This document shows positions 36,301 through 48,770 of a stretch of 64,000 nucleotides of DNA, in pieces. Source of the DNA: Balanoglossus misakiensis. Its lineage: Eukaryota > Animalia > Hemichordata. Each line of letters opens with the position of its first letter. The first letter of the stretch is position 1. The notes under the pieces are model-generated. The model saw only the letters and a list, made by a program, of their open reading frames with translations. It was not told the origin of the DNA and searched no databases. A program made the position numbers and the translations under genes. Where the stretch lies: NCBI GenBank assembly GCA_040954595.2, contig CM082583.2:6508849-6572848 (forward strand), read 5' to 3'.

Positions 36301-38875
36301 AACAATTTTTCGACTTTCCGAAATATCAAAATTTCTTCATTTTTTCGAAAAAATCATGGGTTATAGCCCATGAAAATCGTCCAAAAATGACAATTTTTTG
36401 ACTTTCCGAAATATCAAAATTTCTTCATTTTTTGATAAAAATCATGGGTTATAGCCCATGAAAATCGTCCAAAAATGACAATTTTTCGACTTTCCGAAAT
36501 ATCAAAATTTCTTCATTTTTTGATAAAAATCATGGGTTATAGCCCATGAAAATCGTCCAAAAATGACAATTTTTCGACTTTCCGAAATATCAAAATTTCT
36601 TCATTTTTTGATAAAAATCATGGGTTATAGCCCATGAAAATCGTCCAAAAATGACCATTTTTCGACTTTCCGAAATATCAAAATTTCTTCATTTTTTGAT
36701 AAAAATCATGGGTTATAGCCCATGAAAATCGTCCAAAAATGACAATTTTTCGACTTTCCGAAATATCAAAATTTCTTCATTTTTTCGACAAAATCATGGG
36801 TTATAGCCCATGAAAATCGTCCAAAAATGACAATTTTTCGACTTTCCGAAATATCAAAATTTCTTCATTTATTGATAAAAATCATCGGTTATAGCCCATG
36901 AAAATCGTCCAAAAATGACCATTTTTCGACTTTCCGAAATATCAAAATTTCTTCATTTTTTGATCAAAATCATGGGTTATAGCCCATGAAAATCGTCCTA
37001 AAATGACCATTTTTCGACTTTCCGAAATATCAAAATTTCTTCATATTTTTGAAAAAATCATGGGTTATAGCCCATGAAAATCGTCCAAAAATGATAATTT
37101 TTTGACTTTCCGAAATATCAAAATTTCTTCATTTTTTGATAAAAATCATGGGTTATAGCCCATGAAAATCGTCCAAAAATGACAATTTTTCGACTTTCCG
37201 AAATATCAAAATTTCTTCATTTTTTGATAAAAATCATGGGTTATAGCCCATGAAAATCGTCCAAAAATGACCAATTTTCGACTTTCCGAAATATCAAAAT
37301 TTCTTCATATTTTTGAAAAAATCATGGGTTATAGCCCATGAAAATCGTCCAAAAATGATAATTTTTCGACTTTCCGAAATATCAAAATTTCTTCATTTTT
37401 TGATAAAAATCATGGGTTATAGCCCATGAAAATCGTCCAAAAATGACAATTTTTCGACTTTCCGAAATATCAAAATTTCTTCATTTTTTGATAAAAATCA
37501 TTGGTTATAGCCCATGAAAATCGTCCAAAAATGACCATTTTTCGACTTTCCGAAATATCAAAATTTCTTCATATTTTCGAAAAAATCATGGGTTATAGCC
37601 CATGAAAATCGTCCAAAAATGACCATTTTTCGACTTTCCGAAATATCAAAATTTCTTCATTTTTTGATAAAAATCATGGGTTATAGCTCATGAAAATCGT
37701 CCAAAAATGACAATTTTTCGACTTTCCGAAATATCAAATTTTCTTCATTTTTTCGATAAAATCATGGGTTATAGACCATGAAAATCGTCCAAAAATGACA
37801 ATTTTTCGACTTTCCGAAATATCAAAATTTCTTCATTTTTTGATAAAAATCATGGGTTATAGCCCATGAAAATCGTCCAAAAATGACAATTTTTCGACTT
37901 TCCGAAATATCAAAATTTCTTCATTTTTTGATAAAAATCATGGGTTATAGCCCATGAAAATCGTCCAAAAATGACAATTTTTCGACTTTCCGAAATATCA
38001 AAATTTCTTCATTTTTTGATAAAAATCATGGGTTATAGCCCATGAAAATCGTCCAAAAATGACAATTTTTCGACTTTCTGAAATATCAAAATTTCTTCAT
38101 TTTTTGATAAAAATCATGGGTTATAGCCCATGAAAATCGTCCAAAAATGACAATTTTTCGACTTTCCGAAATATCAAAATTTCTTCATTTTTTCGAAAAA
38201 ATCATGGGTTATAGCCCATGAAAATCGTCCAAAAATGACCATTTTTCGACTTTCCGAAATATCAAAATTTCTTCATATTTTCGAAAAAATCATGGGTTAT
38301 AGCCCATGAAAATCGTCCAAAAATGACAATTTTTCGACTTTCCGAAATATCAAAATTTCTTCATTTTTTCGAAAAAATCATGGGTTATAGCCCATGAAAA
38401 TCGTCCAAAAATGACCATTTTTCGACTTTCCGAAATATCAAAATTTCTTCATATTTTCGAAAAAATCATGGGTTATAGCCCATGAAAATCGTCCAAAAAT
38501 GACCATTTTTCGACTTTCCGAAATATCAAAATTTCTTCATATTTTCGAAAAAATCATGGGTTATAGCCCATGAAAATCGTCCAAAAATGACAATTTTTCG
38601 ACTTTCCGAAATATCAAAATTTCTTCATATTTTGATAAAAATCATGGGTTATAGCTCATGAAAATCATCAAAAATTGACAATTTTTCGACTTTGCGAATT
38701 TTTCAAAATTCCGTCATTTTTTGAAAAAAAAACATGGGTTATAGCTCATGATTTCCATGAGCTATAACCCATGATTTCTTTTTTTTAAATGAAGAAACTT
38801 TGAAAATGATAAATTCCCGACTTTGCTAACTTCAGTGATTTTTGGACATTTTTAATGGGTTATAGCTCATGAAAA
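24340..38875. repeat. 88-bp satellite array (~160 copies) with inverted terminal segments; foldback-like element
   Basis: Monomer ATCATGGGTTATAGCCCATGAAAATCGTCCAAAAATGAC(A/C)ATTTTTCGACTTTCCGAAATATCAAAATTTCTTCATTTTTTGATAAAA. The period of 88 is confirmed by identical lines recurring every 1320 bp (15 units). Units run reverse at 24340-24616 and forward at 24619-38750, with a short re-inversion at 38756-38800. Confidence 0.97.
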
Positions 38876-40263
38876 TTACAAATATATTGTCATTAAAACC
38901 CAATGTCAAGTGAATGGATTTTAAAGAAGTGGAAACAGAAGAAACATAGATAATTCAAATTTTAACCGAATTTTTTTAACAATATCAGTAACGACCGCTA
39001 ATAAGTAGTATTCACACCCACACACACTATTCTTTCCAGCCTCGACGTTCATCGAACCAGTGTCGAGAACAACGCAGAAAACGGTCGGGGGCGTGTGATG
39101 AGAATGTAAATGTCGTTGAGAACCTTTTGAGTTGTGTTGTTTTTGTATGCTAAATTATGCTCATGTATATACAATATTTTTATGAAGAATCGATGAAGAA
39201 AATATCATTATTTGAAAACTGAAAGTTTCAGTCATTTCTGTGCAAGGCTACGAATCTTGTTCAGAACCATTAGCGTTGGCTTAGACTAGCGACTCGACAA
39301 TCTCGTCAGAGAATTTCTTTTAAACTTTCCAGTGTGGTGAACAGTCAGATCAATATGATAAGCGGTTATGTAGCTCAAATAATTAGAATGTCGCCAGGTC
39401 AACTCTCTGTCGAGTCCCATGTACAACAATACCCCCTCAGTTTGTACTGAACATGGTAGTAAAAACACAGGATCGCTAAATGTTTAAATTGCATTTTATT
39501 CATATTGCTAAATGATTCACATTGAGCTACAACTGTAAGTTATAACTCTTAAAATCATAACAGTGACATGGGAGATACTTCAGTCTACGATAAGATCAAA
39601 TAAAGGTGTTCTCATTTGGTGGATTTGTGCCAAATAAACTATCTTCGTCACTAAATATACATTGCAAAGAAAATGTCATTTTTTTAAAATGTTAACAAAT
39701 CCTTAAATACAAATACAATAAAAACAGTGTTCTGTAAAAATCTACGTATTAGTATAAAATTTGTAGAAAATCTATCTGCGGAACTTCAGATAACGAGGGT
39801 TATTCTGTTCATATTAAAATGCTCGTTAAAAAACTGTAGTCTATACAAAAAAAGTGAATAACTGCAATTCGTTTTAATAATGTATAAAATGGAATGTAAT
39901 TCGAAGCTAGTAGTAGGCGAGTGAGTTACAAATGTTAGTAAAACAAGGATGCAATATTATCGGTTGCGAAATGGAATGTATTTTTTTATTGCGCCGTGTG
40001 AGTTTGTATAATAATACTGCAATGTCTGGGGTAGGGGGACATACAAATGTAAAAATGTAAAAAACAGTAAAAAGCAGAACTAGTGATTCAATATGCACAA
40101 ACTGAAAATATCTTCCCCCTGCCATGACATGAAGTCACGGTTACTTTACAGGATGTATTGCACGAAAAAACTATCTTGGTTACTGGTTAAACAACGCTCC
40201 AAACTCACGCACTTACAAGACTGAGATCATTTAAAAGCAATGGAGAATTCGAGTGTTTCAGTT

Positions 40264-42615
40264 TCAGTTGTGAGAAGCCTCGTTTTTGCAAATGTAGTGA
40301 AAGTTGAACATGTCCTTACATTTGTGAACTTTGACGTCACAGAAACCGATCTCATCCAGCATTTTGAGGATTTTCTCCCGGCCCCACATGGTGCCCAGAC
40401 CTTTGCCGTCGAAGTACAGCGACACCGGCATGCAATGGAACAGACTGATGACGTAGCCGTCCAAGGCGCGGGGGTTGCCGATATTCTTGGTCGGGTCGCT
40501 GCTCACCGCCAGCTCTAACATGGAAAATACACCGTCCGATTTCAGAACGCGCTTCGCCTCTTGCAGCACCGTCTCCGGCTGAGACTGGTCGTGGATGCAG
40601 TCGAACGCGGTGACGAAATCGAACTTGTCCGTCCACTCGATGGGCAGCGAGGCTGCATCGTGGGCCAGAAATGACGTGTTTTTTAGGTTCATCCGCTTGG
40701 CCTCTTTCTGAGCCGCTGACACTGCGTCGACCGAGATGTCAACACCGTAGAAGTAACTGCGGGGAAATCTTTCGGCCAAAATGAGCGGAGCACGAGCCCG
40801 TCCACAACCAATATCAAGAACAGTTATTCCCGATTCTGTGGGGGTAAAAGCGCAAGATTTTATCACTACGGTGAACTTGAGAGGGATTTTAGAACCATCT
40901 GTAGGCCGAGTACTCGATGGCATTTTTTAAATTTAGGCTATGCCATTTCTACATTTGCAACTGACAAACGTATGAATCCAATCAGTGTCTGTCGGGGGAC
41001 ATCTGATACCAGATATTGTGCTGGCATGAACTAATGATGAAGTCAGATAAAAGCGAGCGGTGGGCGGGTGGATTGATGTATGGATGGATGGGTGGATGGA
41101 TGTACGTATAGGTGCATGCATGTTAAAGCAATATGCATCGGAAAATGCTGAGGCCTAAAGTGATCGAAAAACTTACCCAGACGTTCTTCCAGACCAGCCA
41201 CCGCGGGAACGAAGTCCGACAGTAAGGTTTGGTTGTGCATAACGTTTGACATATGGTCCATGAATGCTTGAAATCCGGGATACTGGTCGTACGACACTCC
41301 TGAAAAATAAGACCGTGTCATTATACCATTAATTCGCCATGAGACGTGACGACCGACACCCACGAGACCAAGTCAAATTCCACATAACGCGAAAGCGCCA
41401 CCAATCGGTGCATTTTGATCAATAAACCGTTAAAAGGCAATGAAATTATGGATAATGTACAGTTCATTATACTAATCGTAAACTGAGTACTTCAGTTCAA
41501 TCGCTGTGGTCTGAAGACCATGCATCATGCATGGTCCATTGAACATCAAGATTAGCCTATCCACTGATAGGCATGTTACAATTTCTACGTCTGTATGAAG
41601 TCATTATCTTAACGTCGTTTCTACACGTGCGCGCCATGATTGGGTATACGATGCGGTAATAGCTTCATTTTTTTATACTTTGATGAAATAGGATACCATT
41701 CAGATCATAAGCCCTGGAAAACATGTTATGCCACGTTTGTGACTAATTTCACGCGACCTAATGTCCGTCACACATAAACGCATGACCCTACAGGCAGACA
41801 TATAGAGCGAGACAGACAGACAGACAGACAGACAGACTTACCTTTTGGCCCATCTTTCTTGAAGCACTCTCTGACTTGACTGTAGCCTTCGCAAAGCATT
41901 GGTACCAAGCAGGTCAAAGCAGCCAAGTTGTGTTTTCCGGTCAGAAACGGCAAACGTTGCGGGGGAATATGGTACGTCTTTTTGTCGGCGTTCATCTCAA
42001 CCACTCGGCTTACCACGCAGCAATGCAGTAGTTCACGAACGTACCTGTATATTAAGGTCAATCGTGAAATTTGTAAGCGGTTTTGCAAGCATCGCATGTG
42101 CTTTTGTGTCCGGATTGCAGACAGTTATGGGAGCATGACATGGGGATAAAGACTTGCCGCTCTGATTCTACTGGTTTTAGTATGTAAATGAGAAGTTCGA
42201 AGGGTGGCTGGGTGTGGCAGGGTGTGTGATGTGAATCCTGCATGTGTACTGAATCTTTTCACGCGTGGTACATGAACGGACCCTGAAGTCTGATGTGCAG
42301 CCCCCTACTCTGTGAAACGTCTTAGCCAAGCCTGATGAGGAGCATTTTTTTCTGAAAAAAACAGTAACGCGTATACACTCACCTCTCCTTGAGACCGGCT
42401 GCTTGAGCGATTTCATGCGACGTCTTCGGACAGTCCATCGCATCGAAGACGCCGTGCTGCGCCGCCACGCTGAGGGCCAACGCCTGCAGCCCGCTGGTCA
42501 CCATGCCTTTGATACGGAGGGCGAACTGCTGGGGTGCCTCTTCCTCCGCCGTCAGCATTTTTCGATTACGGCCGTTGGTGGTGTGGGCCTTGTTGGTTTT
42601 CTCGGTGAGACTCAT
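40264..42615 (-). CDS. Class I SAM-dependent methyltransferase, Rv2258c-like (N-terminal wHTH/dimerisation domain); exons 42615-42383, 42044-41842, 41299-41177, 40835-40264; 376 aa
   Basis: The exons join in frame (phases 2,1,1) with GT-AG sites. Motifs: 'TSHEIAQAAGLKERYVRELL', motif I 'VLDIGCG', 'GVDIS', 'FDFVTAFDCIHDQSQP', and 'SLFHCMPVSL..GKGLGTMWG', which are typical of the Rv2258c-like family. Confidence 0.9.
41806..41837. repeat. (AGAC)n microsatellite directly after a donor site
   Basis: Directly visible. Confidence 0.85.
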
Positions 42616-42680
42616 CGTGATGTGTGCAAACGTGGCTTTCTCGCTGCTCTATAACGACTCAGCTGAGTTCTTCGATGTCG

Positions 42681-42716
42681 ATCTGATTTTCGCAGTGCGG
42701 TTTTTTGTCTTTTATA
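42681..42716 (-). promoter_or_regulatory. TATA box plus Inr-like core promoter of the methyltransferase
   Basis: Minus-strand TATAAAAG (42716-42709) lies 32 nt upstream of the A in TCAGAT (42684) and ~100 nt upstream of the ATG. Confidence 0.6.
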
Positions 42717-45700
42717 CATTCCCCGGTTTTAGCTGGCTGGTCATGCGTTGGTTTAAACACGAGATAAATCAACAACGAAGAGAGGTCGAAACTTCCTTGC
42801 CCATCAACATGATTCTAATTATCTCAAGAATATTCCATTATCAGCGGGTGGGCCGCCCTTGTTTATGCATTTTTAATCTTCCTTTCGACAGTCGTCAATT
42901 GGCTCTGTGTATCTTTCCACAGGTGCGCAAAAATATGCGTAGTTTGGTCCGAAAATGTGCACACATCATGATACGTAGCACGTATCTGTCCTGGGACCAT
43001 GTCAACGGCCGCGATGACCCAAGTGATAACTATGCGTGTCTGCATGTCGGTTAAAGTACAACATGACGCATTTGGAAGTATGTTGGAAGCTGGTGTTGGC
43101 CTCTAAAGGTGACCCCCCGGATGAAAGCACTCGTGATCATAGACGACACGGTCCCTGCATTTCTGCAGTCATGCAGTCCATGCCCTACTTTAGTCACTTA
43201 ACCGAGCTTGAACCCGATAGCCAGTTCAAGTTCAAGTGCGTGTGTTCGTGCAACGGCGTTAGGCTGGAGTGAAATATGATGAGATGGTGCCCCGCGTCTG
43301 GCATTTTCCCCATTTGTAATATTCCAAAAGATCTTCAATATAGCCTAACAAATTACTTTGAACATTGTCATTACTGGTAACTTTCGATCGCAAAGTCGTT
43401 TGAATGAAAGAAATTTACTTGGTTACGATAGGGATGCTGCCGGTCGAGGTCGTTTGTTTCACAGAAACGAAATAGAATCATTCCTAGAAAACGGTGGGTA
43501 GAAAGCGATGTTGGTGAGAACGCACGGTGGTTCTCAACAAGATGCTAACTACATAAACGCTAGCTGGACCCCCTGTATCGAAAGCATTTGGGATCTTCCA
43601 CCGACGTCGACTGACATGCAGATGTCGCCAGGTGATAATTTTGTTTCTCCGCATTCTTTTGTTTGGCAATCTGCGTGTTCGCGCAAGAGGGGTGCGCCTA
43701 TTGCACAACTTCGTCGCTTGCGGCGCAGCGCTGTCCAGTGGTCGGGCCGGATTTGGCCGAAACTTCCCAAGGACCGAGTGCACGCTGCAGCTTGCACGTC
43801 GATGATCGCATGACGACGTATCGAACGTACACATTTTTCTTGCGGGGAAACATGTGTAGTTATCTTTTTCTTATGCCATTTCCAAATTCGATCGCTTAAT
43901 ATGGCGAACCGGACAAAATTCGGTGTTTCAATTTAGCTTAGATGAAATGTTCTTTTGCAGGAGCTTCCTCGGCAAATCCGTCTTATCAATCAACAAACCA
44001 TTCAATCTACGAACAAAGATGAGTTGAAAGCTAAAGTTCACACGTTGTTTTATCTTGTTTGTTAAAATGGTAGATTGATAACCGACGTCAATAATTCTGT
44101 AAAATTACAGTTAGTTTTACCATTTACTGATTTTAGAAACGCCATGAAAAAAATAATTAAAAAAACTTGTTTGCAGGGAAAGTTGTTGTCCGTGATAAGT
44201 TGAGGCAGAAACCGGACAATTCCGGCTGAAGGTGGCGACCGGCCGAAAAGTGAATAATAGACTGAATTCTGTCTACAGGGAATTAAACTCGGGGCTGCTA
44301 ACCTGGCCTACCTGTCATCAATATCATTTTTGTGGCACTCGTAAATTTTCAACTGGTTGTGAAAAAGGATCCCTGGATATGCAAATAAGAAGAAGTCGTC
44401 GACTACCCTGGATATGTCGTACTCCAGTATAAAAAGAGAGAAATCTCGTATTCATGAAAATTCCTCAAGTAACGTTTTAACACAAAAACATTGCATCAGG
44501 GTTCTCATCTTCATTTCTAGTAATTCTGTCTCCCCGCCCCTGTCTTTGCCCCTCTCCCTCTCTGCGGCAAAAGCACACATCGATTTTGTTTACCAGTCTC
44601 TCTCGTTTCTATTACTCTGCAGGCTGATTATACAACCCTTGATAGTACAAAGCCAACGACGTAATTGTCTCCTGTCACTTAAAAGTGATCCCAGAAGAGA
44701 CCGGTCTCCCGCCAACCGTAAACAGTGTTAATAACTTGTCCGGTTCAAGGTAATACGCCGACAGATTTGACCTTGACCATGCAAGTCCCGCACAGAGAGT
44801 GAACAGCAATGGAGTCGGTATCTGCACGACTAATTCGGGATTTGGTGAAACTTCACTTTGGCCATAGCCTGGGAATCAGGCCAGAACAGGTCTCCTGGAC
44901 ATTGTCATTGCAATGAGTTTGCGAGAACATCTAGGAATTAGCCTGGTACGCACCTGATGCACGAATTTGTAGTGGGTTCATTTCTTTGTATTTCCACGTT
45001 TAAACCAATCGCAGTCAACCATGCGAGACTGTTGCGGGTTAGCTGCTAATGGGCAATGATGTAACACCCGTGTCTGCCATGTGAACTGTGTGTGCACCTG
45101 TGAAAGTATGACTTACATAATCTAAAAGTGAGGCATGCACTTCATCAACACCATCGCAAGCGACACCAACACGCTCAGCAGGGGGGAGGGGGTTCTCAAT
45201 AGCAACTGATGATATTTAGCAGAATGATAGTGTAAAGTATCGTCCGGTAAACTCTCCTTTCTCGGAAGCCTGGATTCCTTTCACTAGGTCAGGGCTCGCG
45301 GCGTTGCATTATCTTGACAGCTTCCCTGTGATACAGTTCGGTGACACGAGTGCGAACGCCCTTTTTCTCTCTCCAGCTGTGAGGTTGGTTGCGGTTAGTT
45401 GTTCCTGATTCTTCGCTCCCGTGTTCACACATCGGATCTCACGTAGTGCGGGTGTGTTTGCAGTATCTGCCAGTGTATATATCTGCCTGCTTATCTACCT
45501 ATCTATCAATCAATCAATCATTGCTGGAAAGTTCAATTCTCAGTCGCTTGCCTTTTGCCCCGTGAAAATTGGTATAATCGCCACCTTTTCGCGAAACATA
45601 TACATTTGTAATTATTTTTAAGCCTGTCATTTTTTCTCGTCGAGGACGAGGATAAGAGGCTCCTGGTTTTGATAAACCTGTTCAGTGAATGGGTTTGGCC

Positions 45701-48097
45701 GGTGACAAGGTGACCGAATCAGACAACGACTGCATTACGCAATGTTTTCTTGGTAATTTGAAGTCAGCTGAGACAATCACACTACTAACTTTCGGATGAT
45801 ATATAACGTGATGAAAGTCAATGAATGTACGGTCGCAACCTTTATCGACCCACGGGACAAGAAAACCACGACGTACGTGCAATAATCAACGAGACGACAC
45901 GTCTGGTAGCCAGGTGATGTGATCGCATGACGTGACTGCAGTCACGTGTGACCAGATTACGCAAGGGTGACCCGACTAATTGTGCGAATTGCGAAATCAA
46001 GACGTGGGTTTTGTCCGGTTTCCTAGAACTCTTTCTTGCATCTGTGCGTCGTTGCCAATCCTTTGCCAGTATCTTAGTTTTAAAATCAATCCATTTTCTC
46101 GATCCCAGAAGTTAATTTTGTATACGTAACTTGCAGAACCTTTGCGCATGTAGCGTTGAAATACGGTGGCCATATAAAACAACAGGGTTACTGTTTGGAT
46201 GCACCGCGCATTTCTCATTTTCTTTATTTGTCCCCCTTTGTTCTCTATTTGCAATGACAGAATTGATTATACACACGCATCAATTAAGCTTAAATATATG
46301 CATAAAGGTAAACATTTGGCACCTTTCCAAATTACATATTGCAACTTCTCCATCCAGGTGCCGATTGTCCCTGTTCTAGTAGGTCATTGTAAATGTGCAT
46401 TAGCGTAGCGCGTTGAACAGTCTGGCACGAGCAGGTAAATGACACCAAGAAGCGTATATCATGGGTTATACCTGGGAAAAATAAAACAATGATCTCTTGC
46501 GATGTGAATGCATACTTTTAACGAGGTCCTGTATTTTTGTGTCCTTGCGAAGTTTCAAGGTTATTGTCCGGTCTTCAGTCGCAAGGTTACGGGACATTTT
46601 ATTTCATGGTCTGATGGTTGATTACCTCTGAGACCGACCTTGATGTATTTTCGCGTTAATTGCCATGAAAATAAGAGATCATGTCGTTGCGGATCGCTAG
46701 GTCGGGAAAGTCAGGTGCGTTGTCAGTTTTTTGAGCGATACCCTGCAACGGTTTTCGTTCAAGCCGAGACCTGGCTTTGTCAGAACAGGTATTAAAACCT
46801 TGGTTTCACCTCTAGTAACCGTGGTTTCACCGAAGAAAATGCAATTTGCGAAATGATACCATAATTTCGATGCATGGAAAGGGTGCTTTTGTTTTATGGC
46901 GGATTGGCTGTCGGAATGGCGAAACAGGCAAAACACCATTTGTTCTCTAGGTGCATTGTGCTGTGACTGCATCAAACAGCTGCAGAGTATATGCTGTGTT
47001 TTAAAAGCTGCGAAATAATATTTATATCACTTAACACTTAATGCTTTGCGATGCGCCTCCTAATACCTCCAATGCGTCGTGTAATAACAATAGAAATGCG
47101 AATTTAGGGGTGTTGTCGACTGCAGTAAACTGCGGGTTGTGTGCAATGCATGTGGGAAAAGGGGGATACATGTACACATATTCGTCCAGTATCCGTAATC
47201 ATTCACTTTGGGAATCAAACAAAAATCTACATGTACATACAAACTGCATCTACGTGTATTAGAAGACACAGGTTGTTGGTAAAGGATCTATGCCATTGCT
47301 TTGGGAGATGTAAACTATACTACTGTCTACGTTAGTAGAGAAAACGAGTTGCAAGTTACCGAAAGTTCACAAAAATGTTAGAGACGAGTCTCACGTACAC
47401 ATCCCTGAGCACATCCCATGGGAGCCAGTTGTTTACAGGGACTTTGTTATACATGATTGTTTTTTTTCCAGGTAAAATGCTTGGACTGTGACCGACCAGA
47501 CAGGACTCGTGTTAGCCACGCCTTTTACGGGTCTCAAAATGAAGGGGACCTGGGATGTCACGTCGCATGCTTTCAGAAGTAGTCCACTGTATGAGCTTAA
47601 TTATTTTATGCAGGGGATGTGACCATACAATTTGACTCTATAGATCGTAAACATCACAGGTCGCATGCACTTCTCGCGCAAACAAATGGCCGTCATTTCG
47701 TGTCTAATAGCAGTGTTAACAGAATAAAATTTCGTAATTTCCTCTCTGCCGCAGCTTCTCTCATTTTGCGTCAATTATCTCGAAATGGGAGTCCGACTAA
47801 ACGGCTACTTTCTCTCTGAGCCAATAAATAGAGCTACGCGACCTCCGAGAACGCTGCTGGTTTCCAAGGGCAGCGCACTGTTCACCGTTTTCATGACAGC
47901 GCTGTCGCGTTACTTTCGTCTCTTTCTGCACGGAGAATCCACAGGGCAATTCAGGAAAGTACGAATGTACGTGTTCAGCATGTCGGGTGGGGGGGGGGGA
48001 GCTTCGAATTTCGCCAACCCCGATCGTGAGTCAACTGAAGATTGAACTTGAGCAAGAAATTTCCCCTAAATCACAAAATGGCATTAAATGTAAAACA

Positions 48098-48237
48098 AAT
48101 GATGAGCGACGACGTTGATGGTTGTGATGATGATGATAATGGTGGTGGCAATGGTGACGATGATGATGATGGAGATAATGGTGGTGGTGGTGGTGATGAT
48201 GATGACGGTTGTGGCGATGGTGGTGATGGAGATATGG
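48098..48237. repeat. Degenerate (GAT/GGT)n trinucleotide low-complexity repeat
   Basis: Directly visible. Confidence 0.8.
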
Positions 48238-48770
48238 CAGCTTGTTAGCTGCATTATTTTTATCGTAGCCATAGTTGCAGTCAAGTGACTTGCTCAGTTG
48301 TCATGTGACAAAGGAAGTCACCAATTAATGGAGAGAAATCTGTCAATCAAATCGGTGTCCATTTAATCCGTTCGTCGATAGATCAATAAAGATTTCCAGT
48401 AACTGATAGAATGGAAATGTAGTTCTAGTTCCCATTAAAAATATCATACCCTATCCCCACATCATGTTTCCCAAACAGGAACACTTAATCCAGACGCAAT
48501 ATGCAAAGAATGACAATGCATGAGCATTGTTATCTTTTAATTGTTGCCAACTGGCCATTGTTTCAGGGACATCCTCCCGAATTTTCTCCACAAATTTTTC
48601 AGACCCTCCACCGCCCTCCCCGATATTAAATGATCTGCCCCTTAAACTCTTTCACAGTATTTTGTATTGGCTGTGAGGTCATACCATTGCACGCCTTCAA
48701 CAGGCCAGAGTGAATGAAGACTGCAGGTTCGCACAGAGCCTAGTCCTCTGACCTTCTGCTATCTTCCTTT

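Noticed and set aside
24619-38750. CRISPR array interpretation of the palindromic repeats
   Set aside because: There are no unique spacers: the whole 88-bp unit repeats. There are no cas genes and the context is eukaryotic.
24309-38937. TGGAAACA direct repeat (24309 and 38930) as a target-site duplication
   Set aside because: The sequences immediately inside it are not inverted repeats, and an 8-mer match within such AT-rich flanks is plausible by chance.
43484-43899. Overlapping ORFs on both strands in a CpG-rich patch
   Set aside because: No recognisable domain or consistent splice structure.
46458-46470. 13-bp match ATCATGGGTTATA to the satellite core
   Set aside because: Isolated, and the flanks do not extend the match.
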